Source: Bdellovibrionales bacterium
GTDB taxonomy: Bacteria > Bdellovibrionota > Bdellovibrionia > Bdellovibrionales > UBA1609
Reading direction: 5' to 3'
Assembly (NCBI GenBank): GCA_965199825.1
Contig: OZ241329.1
Coordinates: 1,408,001 to 1,472,000 of the forward strand
DNA length: 64,000 bases
The position numbers and the translations under genes are program-made. Positions 39,741-50,450 of the stretch are shown piece after piece. How positions within the stretch are numbered: position 1 is the stretch's first letter; each line of letters opens with the position of its first letter. Below the pieces are notes generated by a model. The model was not told where the DNA came from. It saw nothing but the letters and a program-made list of their open reading frames with translations, and did no database searches.

Positions 39741-39762
39741 AAATAGTCACGTAGTGGAAACA

Positions 39763-40611
39763 TTAAACTATCCTCTCTTTAAGATCAACGGTTAGAAATT
39801 CTAGAGTCACCTTTTTAAAAAGATCGGGCTGATCAAAGTGGACCCAGTGACCCGAATCGGGGATTTCGACGCCTCTTGAACGTGGGTTACTGTTAAGCAT
39901 TCTGTCAAAATCAGCCCTTGGTAAATCTGGCGAATTTTCGCCACGAATCACGAGTGACGGTATTTTGAGGGATTCCCATTCTTGCCAACGATCGTGTCGA
40001 TTTCCCTCGGCAATGGTTTCAAGAATTCCCTCGAGTGAAAATCGCCAATGAGCCCCGGTTTCAGATTCAACAATATTCATGTAAAAAAAGTTGGCCATCG
40101 CGAGAGCCTGTTTGGCTGTTGAAAAGTTTTTTTGAAACTCGCCAAATAAATAATTTTTGGCGGCCTCGCGATTGGCAAAGGGCACAGGCACACTGCGAAT
40201 CCATTTTTCGATTGTGCCACTACTAGAGGCATTGATTCCGGGGGTGATGTCCTCGATGACTAAGCGCCGAACTTGTTTGGGATAGAGTGATGAAAAAACT
40301 AACGCGACTCGTGCACCCATTGAATGACCGATAATATCGATTTCGGTCCATTTTAATTCATCCAAGATCAATTTTAAATCGCGGGCGTAATTTTCGTAAG
40401 TATAAGGAGAATAAAGGTGGGCGGAGTATCCGTGGCCGCGCTGATCATAGGTTAAGACCTCAAATTGGGGCTCAAAAGCACCCTTAATGCGACTCCAGTT
40501 CATGAGCGATCCCATGATTCCATGAAGAAGCACCAGTTTCTTTCCTTGCGCCTGCCCCGAAATTTGGTAGTTAAATTGGTTTGAAACAATCACCGGGTGT
40601 ATCAACCTCAT
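39763..40611 (-). CDS. Alpha/beta hydrolase (YbfF-like esterase)
   Basis: LLHG, DQRGHG, GHSMG, SGHWVH. Confidence 0.92.
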   Translation of the reverse strand: MRLIHPVIVSNQFNYQISGQAQGKKLVLLHGIMGSLMNWSRIKGAFEPQFEVLTYDQRGHGYSAHLYSPYTYENYARDLKLILDELKWTEIDIIGHSMGARVALVFSSLYPKQVRRLVIEDITPGINASSSGTIEKWIRSVPVPFANREAAKNYLFGEFQKNFSTAKQALAMANFFYMNIVESETGAHWRFSLEGILETIAEGNRHDRWQEWESLKIPSLVIRGENSPDLPRADFDRMLNSNPRSRGVEIPDSGHWVHFDQPDLFKKVTLEFLTVDLKERIV

Positions 40612-41851
40612 GACTCAACAGCTTGAGCTGCCAGCAAAACTTTTAGATTCACATGCAGTTGGCATTGTTAAGGCTCTTCAAAAGGCAGGTCACACGACCT
40701 TCCTCGTAGGCGGATGTGTACGAGATTTACTTGTAGGCCTCAAGCCAAAAGATTTCGACATCGGCACCTCGGCCCAGCCCGAACAAGTACGAAAAATCAT
40801 TTATCGCTCCTATGTTATCGGCAAACGATTTCGGTTGGTGCTGATCAGAAGAGACGATCAGCAGTATGAGGTGGCCACCTTTCGCCGTGAAGTCTCGGCC
40901 GAAGACGTGCGGATTTCTGCGGCCGAAAACTCCGAAATTCCAAAGGGCGATAATTTTTTTGGAACTCCACAAGAGGATGCCTGCCGCAGAGATTTCACTA
41001 TTAATGCTTTGTTTTATGATCCGGTTAAAAAAATTTTGATCGACTACTGTTCTGGAATGGCCGATCTCGATGCCCGATTGATCAGGATCATTGGTGACCC
41101 TGTGACCCGCTTAAAGGAAGATCCCATTCGAATTTTGCGTGGAGTGCGACTAGCGCATAAACTCGGATTTTCGATCGAGTCTCAGTTGCGCTCGGCAATG
41201 ATCGAGACCGCATCGACTTTACAAACCACAGTGCTCCCAAGGCGGCGGGAGGAGATCTTAAAAATCTTACGGCTCGATGATCCGGCGCTTACTTTTTTAG
41301 AGTTGTATGATTTAGGAATTCTCGAATCCATTTTGCCCGGGCTTTCGCCAATATTTGCCGATCCAGAAAAGCAAAAAATCTTTTTGCATTATATGGGGCA
41401 ATTTCATGAACGCTCGCTCGATCTTGCAAGTCCCTTAGAACTTTTTGGAACACTGCTGCTTGCGGTCTTGCGCTCGAGATTTGACGGCAATGACCGCACC
41501 CATTTGAATGATAAAGAAATGATCAAATTGATGCGTGATGAACTTGGAATGTTCAAATACGAACAAGCCCTGTTTGGTAAATCTCTCCAGCTGCAGTCGA
41601 TTATGAAAAAAAAGCGTGACTTCGAAAAACGTGGGCCACGCCGACGTCAGGCGGTTGTTGGAACTGAGGCTTTTAAACTGGCATTGCAATTGGCCGAACG
41701 CGATTATTGGCTCACAGCCGAAGAGTTGCATTTTTGGCGGAACGAAGCCCTCATTGCTCCCGAGGTCGAAGAGGAAGACCAACGGCCAAGACGGCGTCGT
41801 CGAAGACGATTTACAAAATCCTCAACACCTGTACAAAACGATCAAGAATAG
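40610..41851 (+). CDS. pcnB: Poly(A) polymerase I
   Basis: VGGCVRD, KDFD, PAP signature IGKRFRLVLI, RRDFTINA, EDPIRILR. Confidence 0.9.
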   Translation: MTQQLELPAKLLDSHAVGIVKALQKAGHTTFLVGGCVRDLLVGLKPKDFDIGTSAQPEQVRKIIYRSYVIGKRFRLVLIRRDDQQYEVATFRREVSAEDVRISAAENSEIPKGDNFFGTPQEDACRRDFTINALFYDPVKKILIDYCSGMADLDARLIRIIGDPVTRLKEDPIRILRGVRLAHKLGFSIESQLRSAMIETASTLQTTVLPRRREEILKILRLDDPALTFLELYDLGILESILPGLSPIFADPEKQKIFLHYMGQFHERSLDLASPLELFGTLLLAVLRSRFDGNDRTHLNDKEMIKLMRDELGMFKYEQALFGKSLQLQSIMKKKRDFEKRGPRRRQAVVGTEAFKLALQLAERDYWLTAEELHFWRNEALIAPEVEEEDQRPRRRRRRRFTKSSTPVQNDQE

Positions 41852-41878
41852 GTATAGATAGCTTTTTTGGAGGTACTT

Positions 41879-42124
41879 GTGGGCGGCATGTCGATTTGGC
41901 ATTTAATGATTATCGCGTTTATTTTACTTATGATTTTTGGGCCTAACCGCGTGGGCGAAATGGGCGGCTCGTTGGGTAAAGCGATTCGTAATTTCAAAAA
42001 AGGAATTGAGGGAGTCGATGAGATCGACGTGACTCATACCAATCGTAAAGATCAGCTCCCCAATGCGGCTCCGCCACCTCCGGCACAGCCCACACATGAT
42101 TCAACAACTAATAAACAAGTTTAG
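41879..42124 (+). CDS. tatA: Twin-arginine translocase TatA/E subunit
   Basis: TM helix, FG, then LGKAIRNFKKG; GGAGG RBS before GTG 41879. Confidence 0.92.
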   Translation: MGGMSIWHLMIIAFILLMIFGPNRVGEMGGSLGKAIRNFKKGIEGVDEIDVTHTNRKDQLPNAAPPPPAQPTHDSTTNKQV

Positions 42125-44118
42125 AAGAATGAGTTTGCGGCGTTAACAATCGCCTGGGCATCCATTTCGTGAAGCCTATAAAGTTCTGAAGCTTTATAGG
42201 CACTCCGACCAAATTGATCTCGAACTCCCAGTAATTTAAAATTCGAAATTTGAACTCCCGCTTGCAAAAGTTCGGGCACCAAAAAAGCTGCGGCACCCCC
42301 GCGTGATTGATGATCCTCAATTGTGATCAGTCGTCCTTGGCTTTTTTCGAGAGCATTTTTTAATGTTTTAATATCTGGGCGGTTTAAGGCCGAAAGATTA
42401 ATTACGGTTGCACCAATTCCTTGTGACTCAAGTTCTTGTGCCGCTTTGATCGCCTCAGAAGCCAGCGATCCCGCCACAGCCAATGTGATTTTTTTGGGCT
42501 GCTGAGAATCAAATAAAATTTGGGCTCGCCCAAGCTCATAAACAGTTTGTGTATATTGGGGCGGAAAATCCTCTCGACCTAAGAAGAACACAAAAGAGGG
42601 AGGGGTCTTTCCCGCAGCTCGGTCACGATGAAATCGATCAATCGCTTGACCCACCAAAGCTTCGGCCTCTTGACTACATGTTAGGGCAAATACCTCGGTG
42701 TGAGGAATACTTCCAACTTGAGAGAGATAAGACAGCGCTTGATGAGAGGCTCCGTCGGCCGCATCTTGAAATCCAGTATGCGAAAAAATCGCAATAATTG
42801 GCGCTTGCGATAGGGCAGCCATTGTTAACGGAAGAGCTCCCTTGGTCACACCAAATTGGGCAAAGGTGTCGACCACTGGAATAAATCCTTGTTTTGAAAA
42901 TCCAGCCGCAATGCTGACCATATTCGATTCGGCCACACCAACATCAATGACCGCTTCAGAATATTTTTTTTGAAATTCTAAAACACCAGTCGAGCCGGGC
43001 AAATCTGCGGTGATCGAAACTACAGGAAAACCTTTTTTCTTACGCTCGATCATTGCTTTGGCAACGCCCACCTGAATTTTTTCTTTGTGAGGAGCATCGG
43101 TTGGTTTTGGCAATTGAGCCCGACGCTCGCCTTCGGCTTCAAGTTCTTTAAGCCATGGAATGAAAATATCGGGAATGTCGTGAGTGCCATAAATTTCTTG
43201 AACAAAGGCGCGGCACTCTTTGGTGTCTTTTAGCGGAAAACCATGTCCGCCCGATGCAGCTTCTTGACAGGCTTTGATGCCGTAACCCTTAATGGTTTTT
43301 GCGTGAATGGCCACCGGTTTTGAAGGATTTTTTCGTGCAAGCTCAAGTGCGGTTTGAAAAGTCTCGGCGCAACTTTGTAGGCTGTGTCCGTTTGCGAGCG
43401 ACAACACTTCCCAGCCCATCACTTTAAGTGCTTCAAAGGTTGGCTCCATCGAAAATGAATCTTTATCGATGCGGCCGGTAAGCTTGGTGTTGTTGTCTGA
43501 AATAATCATCACAAATGGATTAACTTTTTCGCGTGCGGCTAAGCCCGGAAGTGATGCCAAAGCTTCGCGCGCTTCGCCTTCCATCAAACCACCATCAGAA
43601 ACGGTAATCACGGTCACTCGATCACTGCGGCCCATGCGGTCAGCAAGTGCCAAACCCTCGGCCTGGGGAAGGGTTGATCCCAAAGGACCATTACTTAAGT
43701 AAACGCCCTGAGGAAACAAATGACTTTCACCATGACCGGTCAAACGACTTTGTACCGAGCGAAATGATTTAAGCTCTTTGATTGTCACACCCGCATGACC
43801 ATAAAGGGCTTTAAGCGCATAAATCCCATTTTCACAGTGGCCGGCATCGTTCACCATATGAAACAGCTCGTGCCAGGGCCGCGCTTTTAATTCGGACTCA
43901 TGAAAAACAATTCCCCATGCGGATGCCGAAAGCTCGGCAAAACCGGAAGGACCACCAAAATGTGAAGCCGCACCACCAAGCACCGCTTGCATATCCATCA
44001 ATGCAATCAATGCGCGAATCGCACGTGGATCAGCCACTTCGAGATTTTTGCCAGATTTGAGAACAACAGTCTGGCTCAGCTGCGGCTTATGGGGAGGGTT
44101 GCCTGCAAGTTGTGACAT
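42121..44118 (-). CDS. Transketolase-family TPP enzyme
   Basis: DAGH, LTGHGE, SDGGLMEG...NN, TIKGYG, GVAESNM, DGASHQ. Confidence 0.88.
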   Translation of the reverse strand: MSQLAGNPPHKPQLSQTVVLKSGKNLEVADPRAIRALIALMDMQAVLGGAASHFGGPSGFAELSASAWGIVFHESELKARPWHELFHMVNDAGHCENGIYALKALYGHAGVTIKELKSFRSVQSRLTGHGESHLFPQGVYLSNGPLGSTLPQAEGLALADRMGRSDRVTVITVSDGGLMEGEAREALASLPGLAAREKVNPFVMIISDNNTKLTGRIDKDSFSMEPTFEALKVMGWEVLSLANGHSLQSCAETFQTALELARKNPSKPVAIHAKTIKGYGIKACQEAASGGHGFPLKDTKECRAFVQEIYGTHDIPDIFIPWLKELEAEGERRAQLPKPTDAPHKEKIQVGVAKAMIERKKKGFPVVSITADLPGSTGVLEFQKKYSEAVIDVGVAESNMVSIAAGFSKQGFIPVVDTFAQFGVTKGALPLTMAALSQAPIIAIFSHTGFQDAADGASHQALSYLSQVGSIPHTEVFALTCSQEAEALVGQAIDRFHRDRAAGKTPPSFVFFLGREDFPPQYTQTVYELGRAQILFDSQQPKKITLAVAGSLASEAIKAAQELESQGIGATVINLSALNRPDIKTLKNALEKSQGRLITIEDHQSRGGAAAFLVPELLQAGVQISNFKLLGVRDQFGRSAYKASELYRLHEMDAQAIVNAANSFF

Positions 44119-44184
44119 ATAAAAGGCATCTATCCTTCATTTAGATTTTGCGTCAACCACCTAACATTCTATATGCTTCGCTGC

Positions 44185-45180
44185 ATGAGAGTTGATTTAC
44201 ATCGCCATCTTGAATTGTCGTTGCGCCAAAGTACAATCCGCGAACTTGCCCCTTCTTTTGGGATCCAAATCTCAAATGACAAAGAGTTTGCCGAACGGTT
44301 TTTAATTACCGAACCGATGAAGGATTTAGGCGCGGTCTTAAATAAATTTCTTGATACCCAAAAACTTTTAGCGTCTGAGGAAATTTTAGAACGCATCGCT
44401 TTTGAAGCTTGCGAGGATGCGTTTTTAAAAGAACAGATTCGGATTCTTGAGCTCAGATATTCTCTGACATTTATCAAACAGGGTCATGATCTCAGCTTCG
44501 AACAAATCCAAAAATCAATCGTGCGCGGAGTCCATCGAGCCGAAAATCTTTATCCCATTGCGGTTGGTTTGATCTGCATCATCCAGCGAATTTTGCCGGT
44601 GAAAGAAGCAGAATATGTCACCGACTTTGCAATTGAACATAAGGAAAGTTTTTTAGCACTCGATCTCGCCGACAACGAATTGGGATTTGATTCCAAACCC
44701 TTTTCTAAATTTTTTGTTAAAGCAAAAAAAGCGGGAATGAAAATCACAGTTCATAGCGGCGAAGCAAACGTTGAAGGTGCCGCCCAATATGTGGTTGATG
44801 CCATTGAACACCTCGGTGCTGATCGCATTGGACACGGTGTTCAGGTTTACAAAAATCTTGAAGCAATGAGATTTGTGCGCGACCGAAAAATTCCATTGGA
44901 GCTCTGTATTACGAGCAATGTTTTGACCCAAGCGGTGCCAACATTTGCTGATCATCCATTCAAAAAATTGTCTGATTTTGGAATTATCACAACACTGAAT
45001 ACCGATGATCCCGGAATATTTAACACGGATCTCAATCGAGAAATTGAGGTTGCAAAAAAGTACCTCAATGTGACAGACGACGAGATAAGAAAAAGTTTTG
45101 ATCGTGGTGCCGAAGTGAGCTTTATTTCCCTCGAGAAACGTCAAAAAGTTTGGCCAAAATCAATTCAATCGAACTCATAG
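44185..45180 (+). CDS. add: Adenosine deaminase
   Basis: DLHRHLE, TVHSGE, RIGHG, ELCITSN, NTDDP. Confidence 0.92.
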   Translation: MRVDLHRHLELSLRQSTIRELAPSFGIQISNDKEFAERFLITEPMKDLGAVLNKFLDTQKLLASEEILERIAFEACEDAFLKEQIRILELRYSLTFIKQGHDLSFEQIQKSIVRGVHRAENLYPIAVGLICIIQRILPVKEAEYVTDFAIEHKESFLALDLADNELGFDSKPFSKFFVKAKKAGMKITVHSGEANVEGAAQYVVDAIEHLGADRIGHGVQVYKNLEAMRFVRDRKIPLELCITSNVLTQAVPTFADHPFKKLSDFGIITTLNTDDPGIFNTDLNREIEVAKKYLNVTDDEIRKSFDRGAEVSFISLEKRQKVWPKSIQSNS

Positions 45181-45384
45181 CAATGATATTTAGTTGTGAT
45201 TTTTTCCACGTCTGCGAATTGAAACTGTGGCCAAAAAGAACCAACTTCTTTTTTCAAGCATTACGCTTCCAGTCCAGAAAGTAATTGTAGATGTTGAAAC
45301 TTTATTAAAATCGCAATAATTCAATATGTGAGGTACAAAAGTCTTAAAAGGTTTTCGAACAGTAAATAATAACAAGGAGTTTCT

Positions 45385-46248
45385 ATGAAACAAATTTCTC
45401 TCGCGATCGCTGCACTCGGCTTTGTTGCTAGTGCGCACGCTGCCCCACTACGCACTCAGTATTTCTTCCAAGCTGATGCTGATAAAAACGTTGCACAAGC
45501 CGCTTTTGGTTATGGCAATTCAAGCTTCAAAGACCCTGTTGGTAACAAAACAGAAGAAGCTGGTTCTTTAAGACTGAACTTGAACTACGAACGTGGCGTG
45601 AATGATAAGATGGCCGTTGGAATTTTGGTTCCTTGGTTAATCAGTGGAAAAATAAAAGTTACAGGTCAACCTGATCGTGATCATAACGGTGTTGGAGATA
45701 TTGTTATATATGCTAAAGGCACAGCCGCTCTAAATGACAATCAAAATTTTCAGTATGGTTTGGGACTCTCATACAGCCTCACAGATCCTACTACGAACTC
45801 AACTCGCGTTGATGCTCAAGACGGTCGTATCTCGTTCATTCCATATATTGGTTATGTTGCAAGCGTAAGCGGCAACCTCAATCTTGGAGCAAAATTGTCG
45901 TACAATGTTGCGGTCAACACTCCTAAAGTTAAAAATGACATGGGAACTTTTGATCATAAAGGCAAAGATGTAACTACTTTTTCAGTATTTGGTGAAGTGC
46001 CATTTATGACTGGTGTTGCAGGATTAGAAATCGCTTACCGTGCGGTGAACTCAACTAAAAACGAAACCGGAACACTGAATGGCGATGGGATCAACTGGCT
46101 TGACCTCAACATTTATGGAACAGTTTTGCTTGATGAATCATGGACTTTGATTCCAACAGTTGGTTATTCCAATGCTCAAAATGGAAGTGCTGCAGTTGAT
46201 AGCGGAACAGACCTGCATGTTGCAGTTGCTGCTCGTTACACTTTCTAA
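45385..46248 (+). CDS. Outer-membrane beta-barrel protein
   Basis: Signal ending AHA; amphipathic strands; C-terminal ARYTF beta-signal. Confidence 0.8.
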   Translation: MKQISLAIAALGFVASAHAAPLRTQYFFQADADKNVAQAAFGYGNSSFKDPVGNKTEEAGSLRLNLNYERGVNDKMAVGILVPWLISGKIKVTGQPDRDHNGVGDIVIYAKGTAALNDNQNFQYGLGLSYSLTDPTTNSTRVDAQDGRISFIPYIGYVASVSGNLNLGAKLSYNVAVNTPKVKNDMGTFDHKGKDVTTFSVFGEVPFMTGVAGLEIAYRAVNSTKNETGTLNGDGINWLDLNIYGTVLLDESWTLIPTVGYSNAQNGSAAVDSGTDLHVAVAARYTF

Positions 46249-46274
46249 ATCTTAAATTAAAATTTAAGTTTGAT

Positions 46275-46305
46275 AAAACGGAAGGGAAACCTTCCGTTTT
46301 TTTTT
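46275..46305. terminator. Bidirectional intrinsic terminator
   Basis: AAAACGGAAGG-GAAA-CCTTCCGTTTTTTTTT between convergent genes. Confidence 0.9.
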
Positions 46306-46933
46306 ATTCTATCACTCGTCCGTTTTTTATTTTTACAACGTGGTCGGCGAGTTGCTTTACGTCTTCCGGATCGTGAGTGACGAAATAAGTCGGAATGTTT
46401 TGCTGTTGCACCACTTGTTTGACCAATAAGCGTGCGCTCACACGCAACTCAGTATCTAGCGATGAAAAGGGCTCATCCATCAGCAGCACTCGAGGCTGAC
46501 CAATTAAGGCGCGGGCAATCGCCACTCGTTGACGTTCACCACCTGATAAAGCTGAACTGCTTTTGTTGAGTAAAGATTGCGACAATTCCAAAGATTCTGA
46601 CAATTTTTTAAGTGGCAATTGATAGGGAATTTTTCGTGCTTCGGCGGCGAACTGGATATTTTCGAGCGCTGTCATATTTGGAAATAGATCATAGCTTTGA
46701 AACACCACTCCTAGTCGACGTTGTGGGGGCGAAAGCTGATTGAGATCCATACCGTTCACTTCCCAAATCATGCCAGGGCAAGAATCCAAGCCCATCAACA
46801 CTCGAAAAAGCGAAGACTTGCCAGAACCGGAAGGACCTAAAAAGGCGGTGATTCCTTGGTCAGCGAGTGCTAGAAAATCGATATTGAGAACGAAATCTCC
46901 GTAATCAACTTTTAAATTTTTTATGAATCCCAT
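46304..46933 (-). CDS. ABC transporter ATP-binding protein (ThiQ-like)
   Basis: GPSGSGKS, LSGGERQRV, LMDEPF, VTHD. Confidence 0.9.
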   Translation of the reverse strand: MGFIKNLKVDYGDFVLNIDFLALADQGITAFLGPSGSGKSSLFRVLMGLDSCPGMIWEVNGMDLNQLSPPQRRLGVVFQSYDLFPNMTALENIQFAAEARKIPYQLPLKKLSESLELSQSLLNKSSSALSGGERQRVAIARALIGQPRVLLMDEPFSSLDTELRVSARLLVKQVVQQQNIPTYFVTHDPEDVKQLADHVVKIKNGRVIE

Positions 46934-48206
46934 ATCCAATTCCCAAAAATAAAAAATAACAACACATCGAAATGGCAATAAGGATCAGCATCAACAGTGT
47001 TGCTAGATCAAGCCGATAAAGTGACAAAAGGTTTTGTATCGCCACGGGAAGAGTCCATTCGCTGTCGCTCAAAATTGCGCTGATCGAAAAATCGCTACAT
47101 CCAAAAAGGCTTGCAAGTCCTGCTGCCCGAAACAAAGAAGGCAAAAGTTGCGGAGCGGTGATTTTTTTAAAAATTTGAATGTTTGAAGCACCAAGTAGCC
47201 GAGCATTTGACCACTGGTTTCTAAGACCAACTCCATGACTAAATACAATCCATTTAAATACAAAAGGTGTCAGCAATAAAATTAGGCCTATTGCAGTTTT
47301 TAAAAAAACATCAAGCTCCAGATTAATCGCCAAAAGTGCAATAAGAGCCGCACTCGGGAAATGAAGGGTGAGAATAAATGTTTGAACTCTTTGGTAGGGT
47401 AAAAAAAGAGCTATCACGCAGCTCAAAAATAGAACTCCACCTCCGGTGACTAGACCGAGCTCAACAGAGCTTCTAACAAACCCAAAAAGTGGAAACTGGT
47501 TAAAGCCTCTCGGTGTAAGAGTAAAGGGAATCAATAAACCAATGATTAAGAATAAAATTGGAATTAAGGCCACAATTGAAAGAAAGGGAAAGCAAAAGAG
47601 TTTGAGGTTCACCGGAATTGTTTTTGCTGTTGAGTAATTCAGTCGGCTGAGAAAGTAGCTTAAAAAAAGAAGTGCAGTGATTTCGATTGCTGCAAAATTC
47701 CACGCGGTAGGGATTGAGATTCTTAATGTTGATGCAATCAACAATTCGAGAGTTTCAAATCCAAAAATTGTGGGAACTGTATAGCTGGTAAAGCTCACCA
47801 AAAAAATCAGAGCCCAAAGATAGGTAAGATCTTTTTTAAAGACCAAAAAGATTGTTTTTAAAAGTTGCTTGGAGGTTGCACCTTCAAGGAACGCCAGCTC
47901 AAGGCTTTGGCCAAGATGGGTGGAAATTAAATTTTTGATCGCTACTGCAACAAATCCTAAATTCATAAAACTATGCATCACAACCACCGCACCTAATCCC
48001 TGAAGTGGATAAAAATTGAGGCCTGCCGAAACCAGATATAAGGGAGGTAAAAATGCCGGCAGGATAAGAATGGGTTCGATCCATTTTGGATATTGCCGAA
48101 AGCTCATCAATCCTATAGTTGCAAGGCCGGCTAACAAAAGTGTCAGTGTCGCGCTGAATAGGGATTGCGCAAAAGTATTGACGATCACGCCAAGCGTGCT
48201 CGTCAT
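46905..48206 (-). CDS. ABC transporter permease (ThiP-like, two TM domains)
   Basis: Highly hydrophobic; two EAA-like loops (ELAFLEGA, NARLLGAS). Confidence 0.8.
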   Translation of the reverse strand: MTSTLGVIVNTFAQSLFSATLTLLLAGLATIGLMSFRQYPKWIEPILILPAFLPPLYLVSAGLNFYPLQGLGAVVVMHSFMNLGFVAVAIKNLISTHLGQSLELAFLEGATSKQLLKTIFLVFKKDLTYLWALIFLVSFTSYTVPTIFGFETLELLIASTLRISIPTAWNFAAIEITALLFLSYFLSRLNYSTAKTIPVNLKLFCFPFLSIVALIPILFLIIGLLIPFTLTPRGFNQFPLFGFVRSSVELGLVTGGGVLFLSCVIALFLPYQRVQTFILTLHFPSAALIALLAINLELDVFLKTAIGLILLLTPFVFKWIVFSHGVGLRNQWSNARLLGASNIQIFKKITAPQLLPSLFRAAGLASLFGCSDFSISAILSDSEWTLPVAIQNLLSLYRLDLATLLMLILIAISMCCYFLFLGIGYGIHKKFKS

Positions 48207-49234
48207 TTTAAGGCTTGAACTAATTCTTCGGCTAAAGCGGTGCTGTTGCTGATGTCTTTTTGCATTTCACTCCAGGGGAGGAGTCGAAGCTGTGGCAGAT
48301 TTTGAAATTCGCTTCCAGCTATCACCGAGTTGATAACAGGAAACATATAATTCTTGGTCATCAAGGTGTGCTGACCTTCTGGGCTTGTGAGCAGATGAAT
48401 AAAGTCTTGGGCCAAATCACAGTTGCGGCAATTTTCTGGAATTGATGCAAACTCGGCTTGATAGGCATGGGCATTTTCAAAAACTGCTGTTTGATAAGAT
48501 CGGTTTTTTTCCTCATTCCAATGATAAACAACCGATGTTTGATAAGTGTAGACCAATTTGGCTTGGCCTCTTTTAAAAGTGCTATATGACAAAGCCCATG
48601 TGGGAGCGAGAGTGGCCACCGAATTTTTAAGCTGTTTTAAAAATTGTGAGTATTCGCTGTCGAGCGAGTGGTGAAGCCACAACGCAAGCTGAAGACCTGG
48701 AGTGCTAAGGCGTGGATCTTGAAGAGCCAAAGTATTTTTAAAACGTTCATCCAAAAGATCTTGAATTGAATGGGGTGGTTCGATCTCGCCCGCGCGATAA
48801 ACAAAAGTCATGGGGGACCAGTCAAAAGGCACAAAGTCTTCGTCTTCTAATTCTTTTAGTTCTGGTAAAAGTTGTGGCCGCTCGGTCAAAGGCTTCCACT
48901 TCATAATTTTTTTGGCTTCGTTTATTGTTAGTGGATCAAGGCCCAAAACCAGATCGGTTGGATTATTTTTGGCCGCCAATTTCTTTAACATCAACACCGA
49001 ATCGCCGGCGTTGTTGACTTCAACTTCGCAATTACATTTTGCTTTAAACCGAGCGATCAGTTCATTGGCCGGCCCAAACTGACTCGCAAAAGTGGAGTAG
49101 GTCATAATGCTTAATTTTTTTTGGACCGAACCGTTATTTCTGAGGGTAACCCCTTTTTCATAACCTTGAAACATCATCGATCCAAGAAGACCTGCAACGA
49201 TGGCAGTGCCTGCTAAAAATATCCAAATTCTCAT
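48203..49234 (-). CDS. thiB: Thiamine ABC transporter substrate-binding protein
   Basis: TYSTF...GP, DLVLGLD, QDPRLSTPGL, W..SY..F..G, NYMFPV. Confidence 0.85.
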   Translation of the reverse strand: MRIWIFLAGTAIVAGLLGSMMFQGYEKGVTLRNNGSVQKKLSIMTYSTFASQFGPANELIARFKAKCNCEVEVNNAGDSVLMLKKLAAKNNPTDLVLGLDPLTINEAKKIMKWKPLTERPQLLPELKELEDEDFVPFDWSPMTFVYRAGEIEPPHSIQDLLDERFKNTLALQDPRLSTPGLQLALWLHHSLDSEYSQFLKQLKNSVATLAPTWALSYSTFKRGQAKLVYTYQTSVVYHWNEEKNRSYQTAVFENAHAYQAEFASIPENCRNCDLAQDFIHLLTSPEGQHTLMTKNYMFPVINSVIAGSEFQNLPQLRLLPWSEMQKDISNSTALAEELVQALK

Positions 49235-49239
49235 AGAGT

Positions 49240-49722
49240 TTACCAGAGCAATCCGCGTTTACGCTTGTAAAAGAAATAGTCAAGTCCAAGGCATCTTCCT
49301 GCTCCTGCCCATAAGATGACAAGTAAAATTACAAACACCAATCGTTGAGTTTCAAGGGCATGAGGTGAGGCGCTATAAAGAAGATTCAGTGTCAGGAACA
49401 GTGCGAGCAGGGCAGCAGGGCGAACCAAAAATCCAATCAAAAAACTAAGGCCTACCAAAAATTCGATATAGGTCATGGTGTAAGCAAAGATCTGCCAATT
49501 GGGCACAACGTAAATTTCAAGCAGGGATTTATACCATTCAGGAGCCGTACTCTTGGTGAGATTTTCCATGATCGAGGACGCTAGCCGCGGGTAAATTAAA
49601 TAATCACCATGAAACCGCTCAAAGGCGCGACTCAAAAAATAATAGCCAAGATAAATCCGCATAAAGCTGATCGGAACAAAATGGCCAACATATTTAATAC
49701 TTTCAAAAAATGCGACAAGCAT
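49240..49722 (-). CDS. DoxX-family membrane protein
   Basis: RIYLG, EFLVGLSFLIGFLVR, AGRCLGLD. Confidence 0.85.
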   Translation of the reverse strand: MLVAFFESIKYVGHFVPISFMRIYLGYYFLSRAFERFHGDYLIYPRLASSIMENLTKSTAPEWYKSLLEIYVVPNWQIFAYTMTYIEFLVGLSFLIGFLVRPAALLALFLTLNLLYSASPHALETQRLVFVILLVILWAGAGRCLGLDYFFYKRKRGLLW

Positions 49723-49747
49723 AGCTGATAGTGTCTCCTTCGGCTTA

Positions 49748-50419
49748 TTACATCAACCAGTTATACATCGCAAAAGCAGTCGACCCAAGGATGGCGCATC
49801 CCATGAGTTGAAGTCGTTTGGACATGCGGCCACGGCCATGAGCAATTTGAAAATTCACATAGTCCTGACGCGAGGTTCGTGGAGCTATCAAAATTGACCG
49901 GGCCAATTGTCGATCGGCTTCATAGGCCAAGGCTGGAATCAGAGATTGAAGTTCTTGATCCAAATACTCCTGTGGCATGAATCTAAGGATCTCCCATTTA
50001 CGTGCAAGACGCAATTGGCGCAAATAAGGCAAAAACAAATTAGGCAGAGTGGATTTTTTCAAGAAATCGAAAAGTCTTTGCTCCTGCATATTCGCAAGCA
50101 GAACCATTCCCAAAACACTGCCCTCAAACGTCCGTGGTAGCTTGATCCGATTGGGTTGAACCAAGAGAATTTGGCTCCCGTATTCGGTACTTAACAAAGT
50201 CATATAGTTTTGAGCTGCCTGACGATGGGGTTCATTTACCATTCTTCGAGGCAAATAGATTTGGTCATAGTAATACTTGATTTGTTGAGCCTTGGTTTTT
50301 GACTGATCCGAAAAAACTTGGGCCGCTTTTTTTTGATCGTGATCATCGAGAATTACCGAATCATTCAGAGCGACAGCTCCGTGGGACCAGACAAACCACA
50401 TGAGGATTATTGTCTTCAT
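49748..50419 (-). CDS. Secreted or membrane-anchored hypothetical protein
   Basis: Signal peptide and hydrophobic C-terminus. Confidence 0.6.
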   Translation of the reverse strand: MKTIILMWFVWSHGAVALNDSVILDDHDQKKAAQVFSDQSKTKAQQIKYYYDQIYLPRRMVNEPHRQAAQNYMTLLSTEYGSQILLVQPNRIKLPRTFEGSVLGMVLLANMQEQRLFDFLKKSTLPNLFLPYLRQLRLARKWEILRFMPQEYLDQELQSLIPALAYEADRQLARSILIAPRTSRQDYVNFQIAHGRGRMSKRLQLMGCAILGSTAFAMYNWLM

Positions 50420-50450
50420 TTGGTCTAAACTAATCGATCAGGTTATTTAA

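Noticed and set aside
49234..49300. TPP riboswitch upstream of thiB
   Set aside because: Only 5 bp separate thiB from doxX and no TPP aptamer motif was seen.
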